A DNA stretch of 64,000 nt from an archaeon (GCA_020057295.1 JAGVGF010000006.1:64001-128000), one strand, 5' to 3'. Positions 30,161 through 40,014 are shown, numbered from the stretch's first letter. Notes: generated by a model from the letters alone, not told the origin. Numbers and translations: made by a program.

Positions 30161-30242
30161 CGCCGCGGCCCAGATTTGAACTGGGAAACCTTTCGGAACT
30201 GGCTCTCAAGGCCAGCGCAGTACCAGATTGTGCCACCGCGGC
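30161..30242 (-). tRNA. tRNA-Ser(TGA)
   Basis: GCCGCGG...CTGGC-CT-TGA-GA-GCCAG, long variable arm, G73. Confidence 0.95.
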
Positions 30243-30274
30243 ATTTGATCGCTTGGTCGATCATTAAACTTTAC

Positions 30275-30350
30275 TGTGGGTGGCGAGATTTGAACTCGCG
30301 ACTTCGAGCTTATGAGACTCGCACTCTAAACCAAGCTGAGTTACACCCAC
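30275..30350 (-). tRNA. tRNA with CAT anticodon (elongator Met or Ile2; not initiator)
   Basis: GTGGGTG/CACCCAC acceptor, CGAGT-CT-CAT-AA-GCTCG; lacks A1-U72 and the GGG/CCC initiator pairs. Confidence 0.9.
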
Positions 30351-30413
30351 ACGGATATAAATTTATCTATGAATTAAGAACAAATGATTATTTATAAAGG
30401 TTATTTATAGAAT

Positions 30414-30809
30414 CTACATGCTTCTTAATTTTTTAGCTAAGTCTTCTAATACTTTCGGGTCAGCTTTTTTTGCTAGACAAGGATCTAAATCATTAACGTT
30501 ATTCACAGGAACAAGATGTAAATGCACATGGTCAACAGAAATTCCTTCAATAGCCAAACCTATCTTTTTAGCTTGAGTTACTTCTTTTAATTTAACAGAC
30601 AATTTTTTTGCAGTCTTAAATAATTCAGAGTAGAGTGGGTCATCAACGTCAAAAATATATTCTTGATGTTCTTTAGGAAGCAATAATGTGTGACCAGGAT
30701 GCATCGGATTAATGTCTAGAAATGCATATGTTTTTTCATCTTCATATATCTTATAACTAGGAATTTCTCCCTTGATGATTTTACAGAATATACAATCATC
30801 TTTTTTCAT
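30414..30809 (-). CDS. HIT-family hydrolase (intact triad)
   Basis: DCIFCKI, FLDINP..PGH, HVHLHLVP. Confidence 0.93.
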   Translation of the reverse strand: MKKDDCIFCKIIKGEIPSYKIYEDEKTYAFLDINPMHPGHTLLLPKEHQEYIFDVDDPLYSELFKTAKKLSVKLKEVTQAKKIGLAIEGISVDHVHLHLVPVNNVNDLDPCLAKKADPKVLEDLAKKLRSM

Positions 30810-30838
30810 TAAATCACCTAAATATTTGACGTAATTAA

Positions 30839-31474
30839 TTATTCTAAATATTTCTGTAAATCTGTTAATTCTAAAACCTTAGGATCATATTCTCTACGAT
30901 TTCTTCTATCGATAAGTATGCCTTTGATACCTATAGCTTTAGCTGTTTCCATGTCTGAATCTATACTATCACCGATCATTACAACATCTTCAGGCATTAA
31001 ATTATATGTGTCAATAATATTATTATAGAATTCTTTTTCATTTTTTAAAGTTCCAGTATCACAAGATAATATTATTAGATCAAAATATTCTTTAAACTTA
31101 TACCGTTCGATTACTTCTTTACTAAAGCAATCAATATTAGCCACGAGTATTAATTTATATTTACCTTTTAACTCTTCCAATGAAGATAAAGTGTCAGGAT
31201 AAAGTTTAGTTAATAATTTATTTTTATTCCATAAGCCAACTAATTTATCTATCAAATAGTCTTTAGGAACAAGATGAAATTCTTCACATACTTTAGCAAA
31301 TGCATCTTTCAATGATGCATGTGTCTGTGTCATGAAAACTTTTTCAAAACGCATTACAAAATCACTAAATGGCGCATCGATTCGTAGAATATATTTAACC
31401 TGTTTTAATGGACTTGGAAATACTCCATTTTCTACTAATGTACCTTGTAAATCAAATATTAATGCTTTAACCAT
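30839..31474 (-). CDS. HAD-superfamily hydrolase
   Basis: IFDLQGTL (second Asp replaced by Gln), K, MIGDSIDSD. Confidence 0.85.
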   Translation of the reverse strand: MVKALIFDLQGTLVENGVFPSPLKQVKYILRIDAPFSDFVMRFEKVFMTQTHASLKDAFAKVCEEFHLVPKDYLIDKLVGLWNKNKLLTKLYPDTLSSLEELKGKYKLILVANIDCFSKEVIERYKFKEYFDLIILSCDTGTLKNEKEFYNNIIDTYNLMPEDVVMIGDSIDSDMETAKAIGIKGILIDRRNRREYDPKVLELTDLQKYLE

Positions 31475-31510
31475 AAATAGCCCCCATTATTACGAATAAT
31501 TAGAGTGAGG

Positions 31511-31906
31511 TCAGGTTTTTAAAGTTTGCTCTTTATCCTCTTGATTCTTAAAGAACAACCATCCATTTTTAGCCTTAAGAAATTTTAATAAAGTATATCT
31601 GCCTTTTAGTTTCTTACCATGTAGGACAAATACGAATTTATTATCATGAACACTTTCCATCTCGTAAAAGCCATTATCCCATATTTTTACTGAACCTTTA
31701 CCATAGCCTTCCTTTATTTCTCCATGAAATGTTGCATAAGAAAGCGCATGATCATCTACTAATATTGCAAGTCTTTTTACACCTTCTTCAACTGATGGCT
31801 CTTTTGGAACGGCCCAAGATTTTAGAACACCATCTAATTCAAGACGAAAATCCCAATGTAAACGTGTAGCATGATGTTCTTGAACTACAAATATTAGTTT
31901 TTTCAT
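31511..31906 (-). CDS. Stand-alone LigD-type DNA 3'-phosphoesterase
   Basis: FVVQEHHATRLHWDFRLE..GVLKSWAVPK, RLA..V.DH...Y, YG.G.V.IWD.G. Confidence 0.92.
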   Translation of the reverse strand: MKKLIFVVQEHHATRLHWDFRLELDGVLKSWAVPKEPSVEEGVKRLAILVDDHALSYATFHGEIKEGYGKGSVKIWDNGFYEMESVHDNKFVFVLHGKKLKGRYTLLKFLKAKNGWLFFKNQEDKEQTLKT

Positions 31907-31907
31907 T

Positions 31908-33011
31908 TTATATGAAATAGAATGCTATGGCGATTATTAAATATAATGATATTAATTGTACCCCTTCAAGCCAATTACATCTTCCATCACCTGATAAATA
32001 ATTTATAATCATTACAGCCAGAAGCATGGATAATATTTCGAATAAGGTAAATACGAGCGAAAACCCGTAATTAAATATTGCACTGATAAATACTAGTATC
32101 GGAACGACAAATAACGCTATCTGTATCGCGCTGCTAAGACCTATCTCGAGAGCGGTATCAATATCATTTTTTAGAGCAAAGTGTATAGCGGTAGATTTTT
32201 CTGCCACATTAGTTAAAATTGCAATTAATATTACACCAATAAAAGTTTCAGTCATACCAAGCGAAGTTACGGCATGTTTTATAGTATTTACAAGTAATTC
32301 CGATTCTAAAGCGACAAAGAGTACTGCAATCAATAATATTATAAAAGCAGTTTTTTTACTTAAAGTAGGTTTTTCTTTCGTTGCTTGTATCTCATCACTA
32401 GAATCAAAAAGATGTTTATGAGTAAATAATGAAAATGATAATCCTGCTATGTACGTTAATGCCAAAACTATGGATATAGCATTACTTATTGCGACAGCAT
32501 TCCCTAATATTACTATCTCGGTAGGGTCAGCATGGGATGTTAGTGAGTAAACCGTAGGAATTGCAAGTCCTGCAACAGCGATAATCAACATTGTTGAAGA
32601 AACACCTACAGAATTTTTATTGAATTGTTGTTCTTTATACTTTAATCCACCGAAGAGAATACTAAGACCTGTTAATAATAACAGATTTCCTAAAATACTA
32701 CCTATGATTGATGCCTGTACAACAATAACAAGTCCTTCACTTAAGGCAATAATTGCAATCATTAATTCGATAATATTTCCAAATGTTGCATTAACAAGTC
32801 CTCCGATAGTAGGATTGCTTTGCAAAACAATTTCCTTAGTACAATATCCTATGATTGTCGCTAAAGGAAGTATTGCAAGTATTGAACTAATAAACGCCAT
32901 TGTTTGATTATCAGTAAAAAAAGAGAAATATACACTTATAGGAATAAATATTAACATCCATAAAATAATTTTTTCTAAAACATTAAGTACTATTTTCTTC
33001 GAATGAGTCAT
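31908..33011 (-). CDS. cax: Ca2+/H+ antiporter (CAX/ChaA)
   Basis: NATFGNIIE, GSILGNLLL, NVAE, SSAIQIALF, NWLEG. Confidence 0.92.
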   Translation of the reverse strand: MTHSKKIVLNVLEKIILWMLIFIPISVYFSFFTDNQTMAFISSILAILPLATIIGYCTKEIVLQSNPTIGGLVNATFGNIIELMIAIIALSEGLVIVVQASIIGSILGNLLLLTGLSILFGGLKYKEQQFNKNSVGVSSTMLIIAVAGLAIPTVYSLTSHADPTEIVILGNAVAISNAISIVLALTYIAGLSFSLFTHKHLFDSSDEIQATKEKPTLSKKTAFIILLIAVLFVALESELLVNTIKHAVTSLGMTETFIGVILIAILTNVAEKSTAIHFALKNDIDTALEIGLSSAIQIALFVVPILVFISAIFNYGFSLVFTLFEILSMLLAVMIINYLSGDGRCNWLEGVQLISLYLIIAIAFYFI

Positions 33012-33103
33012 TAACGTTCCGTGTGAATAAGGATTTATATAGTTTTCTTAAAAAGTGTCAAGAAATATAAATTAAAACGCAACAAAAGTGATTTATTCAG
33101 AAT

Positions 33104-33943
33104 CTATTTCGGAAATGATTTTACTTGAGGTAATAATTTAGCTATTTCTTTAGCTGCAACATCGTGTAAAATACTATTTGTTGCAAAATAAGATCTTGTA
33201 AGAACGCTACTTGATGCAGTGTAATCAATAGGTAAATCGTCAAGAGTTCTTAGTTTTCCGCCCGCTTCTTCTAATAGTATTTGTGGTCCACAAACATCCC
33301 ATTTACTAGATGCATAATTAGTATTTACGTGAATATCGAACTCTCCCATTGCAAGTCTCGCGAGCTTAATCCCGCTGCTTCCTTCTGGAATCTTGCTCTT
33401 TACTAAAAGATTATCCGAAACTACATCAAGATCGCGACTATTATTAAAGTTATTTCTAGTTACAAGAATTGCATCAGATAGAACACCAATCTTACTAACA
33501 GATAAACGTTTAGTTATCTCATTGTGAAAATAATATGCTCCCTTTCCTTTCTCTGCAAACCACAGCCTTTTATCTGTTGGGGCATAAACCAAACCAAATT
33601 CTGGAACTCCATTAATACATAAACCAATTATTATTGAAAACGAATCTGAATTACCAACAAATTCTTTTGTTCCATCAAGAGGGTCAATCATCCACACCCT
33701 TCCAGAGTAGCTAGGAGGTATAGCACCATTTTCTTCAGATAGAATATCATCCTTTGGAAATAATTTTTTAAACTCGCTTCTCAAAAAATCATCCGATTCT
33801 CTATCAGCAATAGTTACTGGATCAAATTTATCTCTCTTATAATCTACAGAAAAATCCTTACGATAATACTTCAATAAAATATTTCCAGCTTCTTCTACAA
33901 TAGGGAAAACTTTATCTAATAAAATAATATTGTGATTATTCAT
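33104..33943 (-). CDS. Inositol monophosphatase / CysQ-like 3'(2'),5'-bisphosphate nucleotidase
   Basis: PVT.AD, LSEE, IDPLDGTKEF, WDV. Confidence 0.9.
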   Translation of the reverse strand: MNNHNIILLDKVFPIVEEAGNILLKYYRKDFSVDYKRDKFDPVTIADRESDDFLRSEFKKLFPKDDILSEENGAIPPSYSGRVWMIDPLDGTKEFVGNSDSFSIIIGLCINGVPEFGLVYAPTDKRLWFAEKGKGAYYFHNEITKRLSVSKIGVLSDAILVTRNNFNNSRDLDVVSDNLLVKSKIPEGSSGIKLARLAMGEFDIHVNTNYASSKWDVCGPQILLEEAGGKLRTLDDLPIDYTASSSVLTRSYFATNSILHDVAAKEIAKLLPQVKSFPK

Positions 33944-33981
33944 ATCAAATAGGTAGAATACAATATTAATTTAAAAATTTA

Positions 33982-34024
33982 TGGGCTTCCCAAGAGTCGA
34001 ACCCGGGGTCTTTCCGTTGCGAAC
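33982..34024 (-). pseudogene. 3'-half fragment of tRNA-Ala(CGC)
   Basis: GTTCGCAACGGAAAGACCCCGGGT is identical to the adjacent tRNA-Ala, then TCGACTCTTGGGAAGCCCA; no 5' half. Confidence 0.75.
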
Positions 34025-34105
34025 ACACGTACCCTTTACAAAAGGTTACATCGAAAGTAATCAAGGACAACATAAAGTTGTCCGAATTTCTACAATAAAA
34101 TAACA

Positions 34106-34177
34106 TGGACAAGCCGGGAATCGGACCCGGGGTCTTTCCGTTGCGAACGGAACGTATTACCATTCTACTACTTGCCC
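34106..34177 (-). tRNA. tRNA-Ala(CGC)
   Basis: GGGCAAG/CTTGTCC with G3:U70; TTCCG-TT-CGC-AA-CGGAA; atypical T-loop TCCGATT. Confidence 0.9.
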
Positions 34178-34245
34178 AATTATTAACAATTTAATAAAAG
34201 GTATTATAAACAAACTTTATAAATTATTCTCTTATCTTGAATGAT

Positions 34246-35943
34246 ATGAATATCAGTGAATTACAATTAAGTATCAGAAAGCATGCATTAGCTAATGCTG
34301 TAAAATTCAATGGAAAAGCTAATCCTGGTTCTGTAATAGCAAAGATAATTGCAGAATTTCCGGAAGCAAAATCTGATATGAAAACAGTAAGTAAAGAAGT
34401 TAATGAAATTATAAAACATATCAACGAATTACCTTTGGATGTGCAAATGCATGAGTTAGAAGAACAATTTCCAGAAATGTTAGAAAAGAAGGAAAGAGAA
34501 GAAAGAAATATTTTTGCATTCTTAAATATTAAACCAGGAGAGAGGGTAAAAACGGGATTTCCGCCAGGACCGGAAAAATATCCGCATATAGGACATGCAA
34601 AATCTGCATTAGTAAATTATCTAATAGCAAAACAGTATGGCGGAGAATTTGTATTAAGATTTGAAGATACAAATCCTAATCTTGTAAAAGCAGAATTTTA
34701 CGACGTGATACAAGATAACTTAGCTTGGGTAGGGGCTAAATGGGATGAGTTACAATATGCTTCTGATTATATGGAATTATTTTATGAGTATGCTCTTAAA
34801 GTAATACAAAACGATAAGGCGTATATGTGTTTCTGTGATGATGAAAAAATAAAAAAATCAAGAGCTGAAGGACAAGCATGCAAGTGCAGATCACATACTG
34901 TTGCTGAAAATCTAAAATATTGGAACGAGTATAATACATATCCTGAAGGTAAAGCAATACTTAGACTAAAAATTGATTTAGAACATCAAAATAGCACAAT
35001 GCGTGATCCTACTATATTTAGGATTATAGATACGCCACATGCAAGACATGGAACAAAATATCGTATATGGCCTAATTATGATTTCCAAAATTCTATAATG
35101 GATGGATATTTCAAATTAACTCACCGCATACGTGGAAAAGAGTTTGAGATGCGTAACGAATTACAAAGATATATACAAGAAATATTAGAATTACCTCAAA
35201 CAAACATCTACGAATATGCCAGATTTAATATGGTGGGTGTTGAAAGTTCTGGCAGAAAAATAAGAGAATTAGTTCAGAGCGGAGAGTATATTGGATGGGA
35301 TGATCCTAGACTAACAACTATAGTAGCTCTTAGAAGAAGAGGATTTCTTCCAGAGGCAATAAAAAATTTTGTGTTAAGTAGTGGAATGAATAAATCCGAA
35401 AGTACAATGACTTGGGATGATTTGATAATACAAAACAAAAGAATAGTGGATAAGACAGCTAAAAGGTTTTTCATGATGCATGATTATGAAACAATAACAA
35501 TAGAAGGAGCACCACATCAAATATTAAAATTAAGATATCACCCAGATATTGATGAATTAGGACATAGAGAATTAGAAGTAGAAAAAGAATTTTTAATACT
35601 AAAATCCGACTTAAAAGAATTGAAAGATAATGATTTATACAGGTTTATGGATTGTTTAAACTTTAGAAAAAACGAGCAAATATATACTTTTGATAGTCAA
35701 GAATATGAACATTTTAAAAATAAAGGCAGAAAAATAATGCACTATCTACCAGCGTATGGAAATATAGATGTAGAGATATTTATGACTGATGCAACAATCA
35801 TTAGTGGAGTTGCAGAGCATAATATAAGGCATTTAAAAGTTAACGAAGTGATACAATTTGAAAGATTCGGATTCTGTCGATTAGATGCAATAGAAAAAAA
35901 GAATGGAAAAGAAATTTACAAATTCTGGTTCACACACAAATAA
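34246..35943 (+). CDS. gltX: Glutamate--tRNA ligase (archaeal)
   Basis: HIGH, LRFEDTNP, MRDP, GWDDPRL, QFERFGF; alternative TTG start at 34237. Confidence 0.97.
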   Translation: MNISELQLSIRKHALANAVKFNGKANPGSVIAKIIAEFPEAKSDMKTVSKEVNEIIKHINELPLDVQMHELEEQFPEMLEKKEREERNIFAFLNIKPGERVKTGFPPGPEKYPHIGHAKSALVNYLIAKQYGGEFVLRFEDTNPNLVKAEFYDVIQDNLAWVGAKWDELQYASDYMELFYEYALKVIQNDKAYMCFCDDEKIKKSRAEGQACKCRSHTVAENLKYWNEYNTYPEGKAILRLKIDLEHQNSTMRDPTIFRIIDTPHARHGTKYRIWPNYDFQNSIMDGYFKLTHRIRGKEFEMRNELQRYIQEILELPQTNIYEYARFNMVGVESSGRKIRELVQSGEYIGWDDPRLTTIVALRRRGFLPEAIKNFVLSSGMNKSESTMTWDDLIIQNKRIVDKTAKRFFMMHDYETITIEGAPHQILKLRYHPDIDELGHRELEVEKEFLILKSDLKELKDNDLYRFMDCLNFRKNEQIYTFDSQEYEHFKNKGRKIMHYLPAYGNIDVEIFMTDATIISGVAEHNIRHLKVNEVIQFERFGFCRLDAIEKKNGKEIYKFWFTHK

Positions 35944-35945
35944 AA

Positions 35946-36383
35946 CTAACACACAGATAAAATCTTTGCATCTTCAATTTGTTTTTTGTTTCTCAAAGCA
36001 CGATATGTGGTTATGGGTCCGCGAGTTATCGAATTCTTAACAACGCCATAAGCCGTTCCTAGAGCATGTCCAACTGCACCAGTTGCATATCCAGCAACTA
36101 ATCCCAAAGGTACGCTAAGACCGCCTGATATTATTGCCATAGGAAGATATGTGCCAGTAATTGAATCATCATAAGGGAAACTGTTACCAGCCAAAAAATT
36201 CCAAGCACAATATCCTGCTAACGATGCTAAGCCTAAAAATGTTGCTCCTCCGCCTAAAAGAGCGGTTGTGCAACTTACATTATCAGCACAGTTGGAGACA
36301 GATTCTCTTATTTTATAATTTTCAAATAGTTCTCTATTAACTACGTTTTCTAAATCTTTATTTTTTGTAATTGTATTGTTCAT
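35946..36383 (-). CDS. Hypothetical Gly-rich membrane protein (glycine-zipper-like)
   Basis: Two Gly/Ala-rich hydrophobic segments with GxxxG repeats. Confidence 0.7.
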   Translation of the reverse strand: MNNTITKNKDLENVVNRELFENYKIRESVSNCADNVSCTTALLGGGATFLGLASLAGYCAWNFLAGNSFPYDDSITGTYLPMAIISGGLSVPLGLVAGYATGAVGHALGTAYGVVKNSITRGPITTYRALRNKKQIEDAKILSVC

Positions 36384-36457
36384 TGTTAATCCCCTCTTTT
36401 TTAGAGATAAAAAATCTCTTATATACCACTATGTAGTGAATATTATATTTAAATGTT

Positions 36458-36478
36458 TGTTGGTTTAAAAAACCGACA
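36458..36478. promoter_or_regulatory. Putative TrmB operator between divergent TATA boxes
   Basis: TGTTGGTTT-AAA-AAACCGACA flanked by TATTTAAAT and TTTATATA. Confidence 0.6.
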
Positions 36479-36509
36479 TATTTATATAGCTAAATTATTA
36501 AATTAGAGC

Positions 36510-37241
36510 ATGACCAATCAAGCACTCGTTGATGCTCTTAATTTTTATGGATTCTCAGATAAAGAAACAAAAGTGTATCTCACAACACTAGAATTAGGTT
36601 CAGCCACAGCACAAGCCATATCCGAAAGAAGTACTCTTAACAGATCAACAGTATACGACATATTGCGATCACTAATATCTAAAGGAATAATATCTAATTC
36701 AGAAAAAAATTCTACACAGTACTTTGAAGCAGCAGGACCAGAAAAGCTTTTAGGAATACTAGATGAAAAACGTAACAAAATACAAAACGTGATGAAAGAA
36801 TTAAAGTTAGTGCAAGAATACGTAGTAAATAAACCAAAAGTAAGAGTTTTTACAGGAAAAGAAGGATTCAACACAGTGTTGGAAGATATATTATACACGA
36901 AAAAACATACAGATGTAATATCAACATCAAAAATATTTGACATAATGAGATTTGACTTTCCACACTATATAATAAACAGAGCCAAATATGGAATTACAGC
37001 GAGAGTAATACAAGAAGACTCGCAGGAAACAAAAGATCTAAAAAAATCTGACAAGAAACAATTAAGAGAAACAAGATCTATAAAATCATGGAATATAAAC
37101 AGCATGATGTTCATGTACTCAAACAAAACAGCAATAATAAAATTAGTAGAAGGAGAAATAATAAGCATATTAATCGAGGATAAAACATTATATGAAGATA
37201 ATGAAAAAATATTTGAAGTTCTTTGGGAAAAAGCAAAATAA
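36510..37241 (+). CDS. TrmB-family transcriptional regulator
   Basis: GFSDKETKVYL, RSTVYDIL..L..KG, FEVLW. Confidence 0.9.
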   Translation: MTNQALVDALNFYGFSDKETKVYLTTLELGSATAQAISERSTLNRSTVYDILRSLISKGIISNSEKNSTQYFEAAGPEKLLGILDEKRNKIQNVMKELKLVQEYVVNKPKVRVFTGKEGFNTVLEDILYTKKHTDVISTSKIFDIMRFDFPHYIINRAKYGITARVIQEDSQETKDLKKSDKKQLRETRSIKSWNINSMMFMYSNKTAIIKLVEGEIISILIEDKTLYEDNEKIFEVLWEKAK

Positions 37242-37286
37242 TTAAATTTATATACAATATAACTAATAAAATCTAAAGGTGATATC

Positions 37287-37457
37287 ATGAATGAATGGGT
37301 TATAGTTAAGACGAAAATTAAGGAAATGGTTGGAACATATAATGTATCACAAGATTTTACAGAAACATTAAATGCTAAAGTAAAACAGATGATACAAGAC
37401 TCTATGAAAAGAGCAGAAGCTAATGGTAGAAAGACAGTCATGGGACGAGACTTATAA
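37287..37457 (+). CDS. Small histone-fold protein (short-helix, face-to-face-type histone; absent from ORF track)
   Basis: MNEWVIVKTKIKEMVGTYNVSQDFTETLNAKVKQMIQDSMKRAEANGRKTVMGRDL; RKTV...D histone motif; AGGTGA RBS and TTTATATA box. Confidence 0.88.
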   Translation: MNEWVIVKTKIKEMVGTYNVSQDFTETLNAKVKQMIQDSMKRAEANGRKTVMGRDL

Positions 37458-37465
37458 GAATTTTT

Positions 37466-37894
37466 TTATACATAACTTTTTTGTTCTAATAACATTTTCA
37501 GTCGAAGAATAGTACTTTGTAAAATAGGAATCTTAGGATTATGTTTGTCTGTAGACTTTACTTTTATCAACAATAATTCAGCATTTTCCAAATCATTTCT
37601 CAACTCAAGAAGTAAAGGATCATCAATAATTCGTTTAACTTTCTCGTCAATTTTTTCAACAATTTTTGTTTTAGTAAATACAGGCTTTAAAGGATAATGC
37701 AAAGGAATGTGAGACACTTTCTCGTCAATAGTTTTTTCTATTTTATTTTTTATTAAGGGTTTAAATTCTTGAATAGGTCTAGCAGAAGTAACAGTTGGCA
37801 ATACAGAACTCGACTTGAATATTTTATTTAACAATCTATCTTTCTGTGCACTAAGTACTAAATGAGCATATAAATCTAGACGAGGATTTATCAT
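37466..37894 (-). CDS. Hypothetical protein
   Basis: ORF with short internal repeat (EKTIDEKV / EKIDEKV) and helical C-terminus. Confidence 0.7.
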   Translation of the reverse strand: MINPRLDLYAHLVLSAQKDRLLNKIFKSSSVLPTVTSARPIQEFKPLIKNKIEKTIDEKVSHIPLHYPLKPVFTKTKIVEKIDEKVKRIIDDPLLLELRNDLENAELLLIKVKSTDKHNPKIPILQSTILRLKMLLEQKSYV

Positions 37895-37895
37895 T

Positions 37896-38462
37896 TTACA
37901 TTAATCCTAAGAATTTTTTTCTTGAAGTTGGAGGACCATCTAATGGAGGCATCTGATCCATTGGAGGAAGATCATTCATCGGAGAAAATTGCCCCTGATT
38001 AAAATTCATCGACGGAATAGCATTATTAGGTTGCATCGTAGGAGGCATCATAGTCCTATTATTAATATTATTTACTGACGGAGGATTCATCTGCACATTA
38101 TTCATCATAGGTGATTGTATAGATTGATTACCACCTTGCATCGAAGTTTTTGCAACAGTTAAATTGTCGTTAATAGCAAGTAATGCTTTTGCAATCATCT
38201 CGTTCTGTTCTAACAATTTATCTAATTTCTCTGTAGGTTTTGAAGCTTGATATTCTTCAATTATGTCCTTCTGTGCATCGTCAAGAATAGTTATCAATCT
38301 ATTAACCGATATTGTAAGTCTATCCATAGAATCTATTAATGCACGACCTTTTTCGCCATCAGTTAAAGAACCTCGCTTAATTATTGATAGTTCCTTACGT
38401 AAATCGTCAATCTCATGTTTAGGCATGAGCTCGTAATCATCAGAATCTGGACCATTATCCAT
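37896..38462 (-). CDS. Hypothetical coiled-coil protein with low-complexity P/M/N/Q tail
   Basis: Helical N-terminal half, disordered C-terminal half ending RKKFLGLM. Confidence 0.75.
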   Translation of the reverse strand: MDNGPDSDDYELMPKHEIDDLRKELSIIKRGSLTDGEKGRALIDSMDRLTISVNRLITILDDAQKDIIEEYQASKPTEKLDKLLEQNEMIAKALLAINDNLTVAKTSMQGGNQSIQSPMMNNVQMNPPSVNNINNRTMMPPTMQPNNAIPSMNFNQGQFSPMNDLPPMDQMPPLDGPPTSRKKFLGLM

Positions 38463-38606
38463 ACTACACCCCTTTCAATAAGAATACTAGTATTTTGATT
38501 TATATATTTTTCCCTTTTGATAGACTTATTATCGAATAGCATTATCAGATAAATTATCGAACAGTATTTAAAAAAAATTTATAAATATACCACAATTTAT
38601 CAGTTT

Positions 38607-39926
38607 ATGATTGATATAAAGCTCATTAGAGAAAATCCTGAACGTGTAAAGGATAATATTAGAAGAAAGTTTCAAGATGAAAAAATAAAATTTGTAGATG
38701 AAATTCTAGAATGGGATAGAGAACTAAAAATAATTAAAGGAGAGTCTGAATCATTAAGAAACCGAAGAAATGTATTGAGTGAAGAGATAAATAAACTGAA
38801 GAAAGAAAAAAAGGAAATAACTCACGTATTACAAGAAGTTAAAGAAATACCTGAAAAAATTAAGAAGATAGAGGAAAAAATATTACATTTAGAAGATAAA
38901 ATCAATAAGAATATGCTTCAGATACCAAATATCATTTATGAAAATACACCCTCAGGAAAAGATGCTGGTGAAAATGTTGAATTAAGACGTTGGGGAACTA
39001 TTAAAAAGTTTGATTTTACACCAAAGACACACATAGAATTAGCTGAAAGTCTTGATATAGCAGATTGGGATGCTTCAGCAAAAGTTTCTGGGACAGGATT
39101 TTATTATTTAAAAAATGAATTAGCATTATTAAATCAGGCATTGATAAGATTTGCTATAGATTTTATGATAAATAAAAATTATGAGTATATAGAACCACCA
39201 TTAATGTTGAATGAAAAAGCAATATTTGCATCTATGGATAAGACAGCAATAGAACAATCAGTATACTCTATAAAAGATGAAGATCTTAATTTAATAGGAA
39301 CGTCTGAACAAGCAATACTTGCAATGCATACTAATGATACAATTCCAGAATCAGAATTGCCTAAAAAATATTTTTCATATTCTATGTGTTTTAGAAAAGA
39401 AATCGGAGCGCACGGTATAAATGAGAAAGGATTATGGAGAACACATCAATTTAACAAAGTAGAGCAATTCATTTTTTGCAGTCCAGAGGATTCAGAAAAA
39501 TATTATGATGAGTTGTTGAATAATTCGGAAAAAATATTACAAGCACTAGAAGTACCATATAGAGTAATAGAACTTTGTACAGGAGATTTAGCGGATTGGA
39601 AATATAGAAGTGCAGATGTAGAAGTATGGAGACCAACAACAAACGAATACGGTGAAGTAATGTCTTTATCAAATTGTACAGAATATCAGGCAAGAAAATT
39701 AAATATTAGATGCGTAGATAAAAAAGGAAATAAACGAGTTTTACATACACTGAATGACACAGCACTAGCAACATCAAGAATAATGGTTGCAATCTTAGAA
39801 AATAATCAGAATATAGATGGTAGCGTCACAATACCAAAAGTCCTTGTGCCATTTATGCATGGACGTACAGTCATTGCTCCAAAAAACAGAGTTCAGACAG
39901 CATTTACAGGACAAGAAAAAGAATAA
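38607..39926 (+). CDS. serS: Serine--tRNA ligase
   Basis: Coiled-coil N-terminus, GTSE, CFRKE.G, R.HQFNKVE, SNCTEYQAR, LNDT. Confidence 0.97.
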   Translation: MIDIKLIRENPERVKDNIRRKFQDEKIKFVDEILEWDRELKIIKGESESLRNRRNVLSEEINKLKKEKKEITHVLQEVKEIPEKIKKIEEKILHLEDKINKNMLQIPNIIYENTPSGKDAGENVELRRWGTIKKFDFTPKTHIELAESLDIADWDASAKVSGTGFYYLKNELALLNQALIRFAIDFMINKNYEYIEPPLMLNEKAIFASMDKTAIEQSVYSIKDEDLNLIGTSEQAILAMHTNDTIPESELPKKYFSYSMCFRKEIGAHGINEKGLWRTHQFNKVEQFIFCSPEDSEKYYDELLNNSEKILQALEVPYRVIELCTGDLADWKYRSADVEVWRPTTNEYGEVMSLSNCTEYQARKLNIRCVDKKGNKRVLHTLNDTALATSRIMVAILENNQNIDGSVTIPKVLVPFMHGRTVIAPKNRVQTAFTGQEKE

Positions 39927-40014
39927 TTCTCACTTAATAGTGACAAATTTCGTAAAGTATTTAAAGCAAAGAATTTGTCATTCAAATATAAAAATAGTAG
40001 AACAACTTATAAAA

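Noticed and set aside
30176-30397. 73-aa ORF, and a possible tRNA-Sec reading (TCA on the + strand)
   Set aside because: The ORF is antisense to two tRNAs; the anticodon on the coding strand is TGA (Ser) and the acceptor stem is a normal 7 bp
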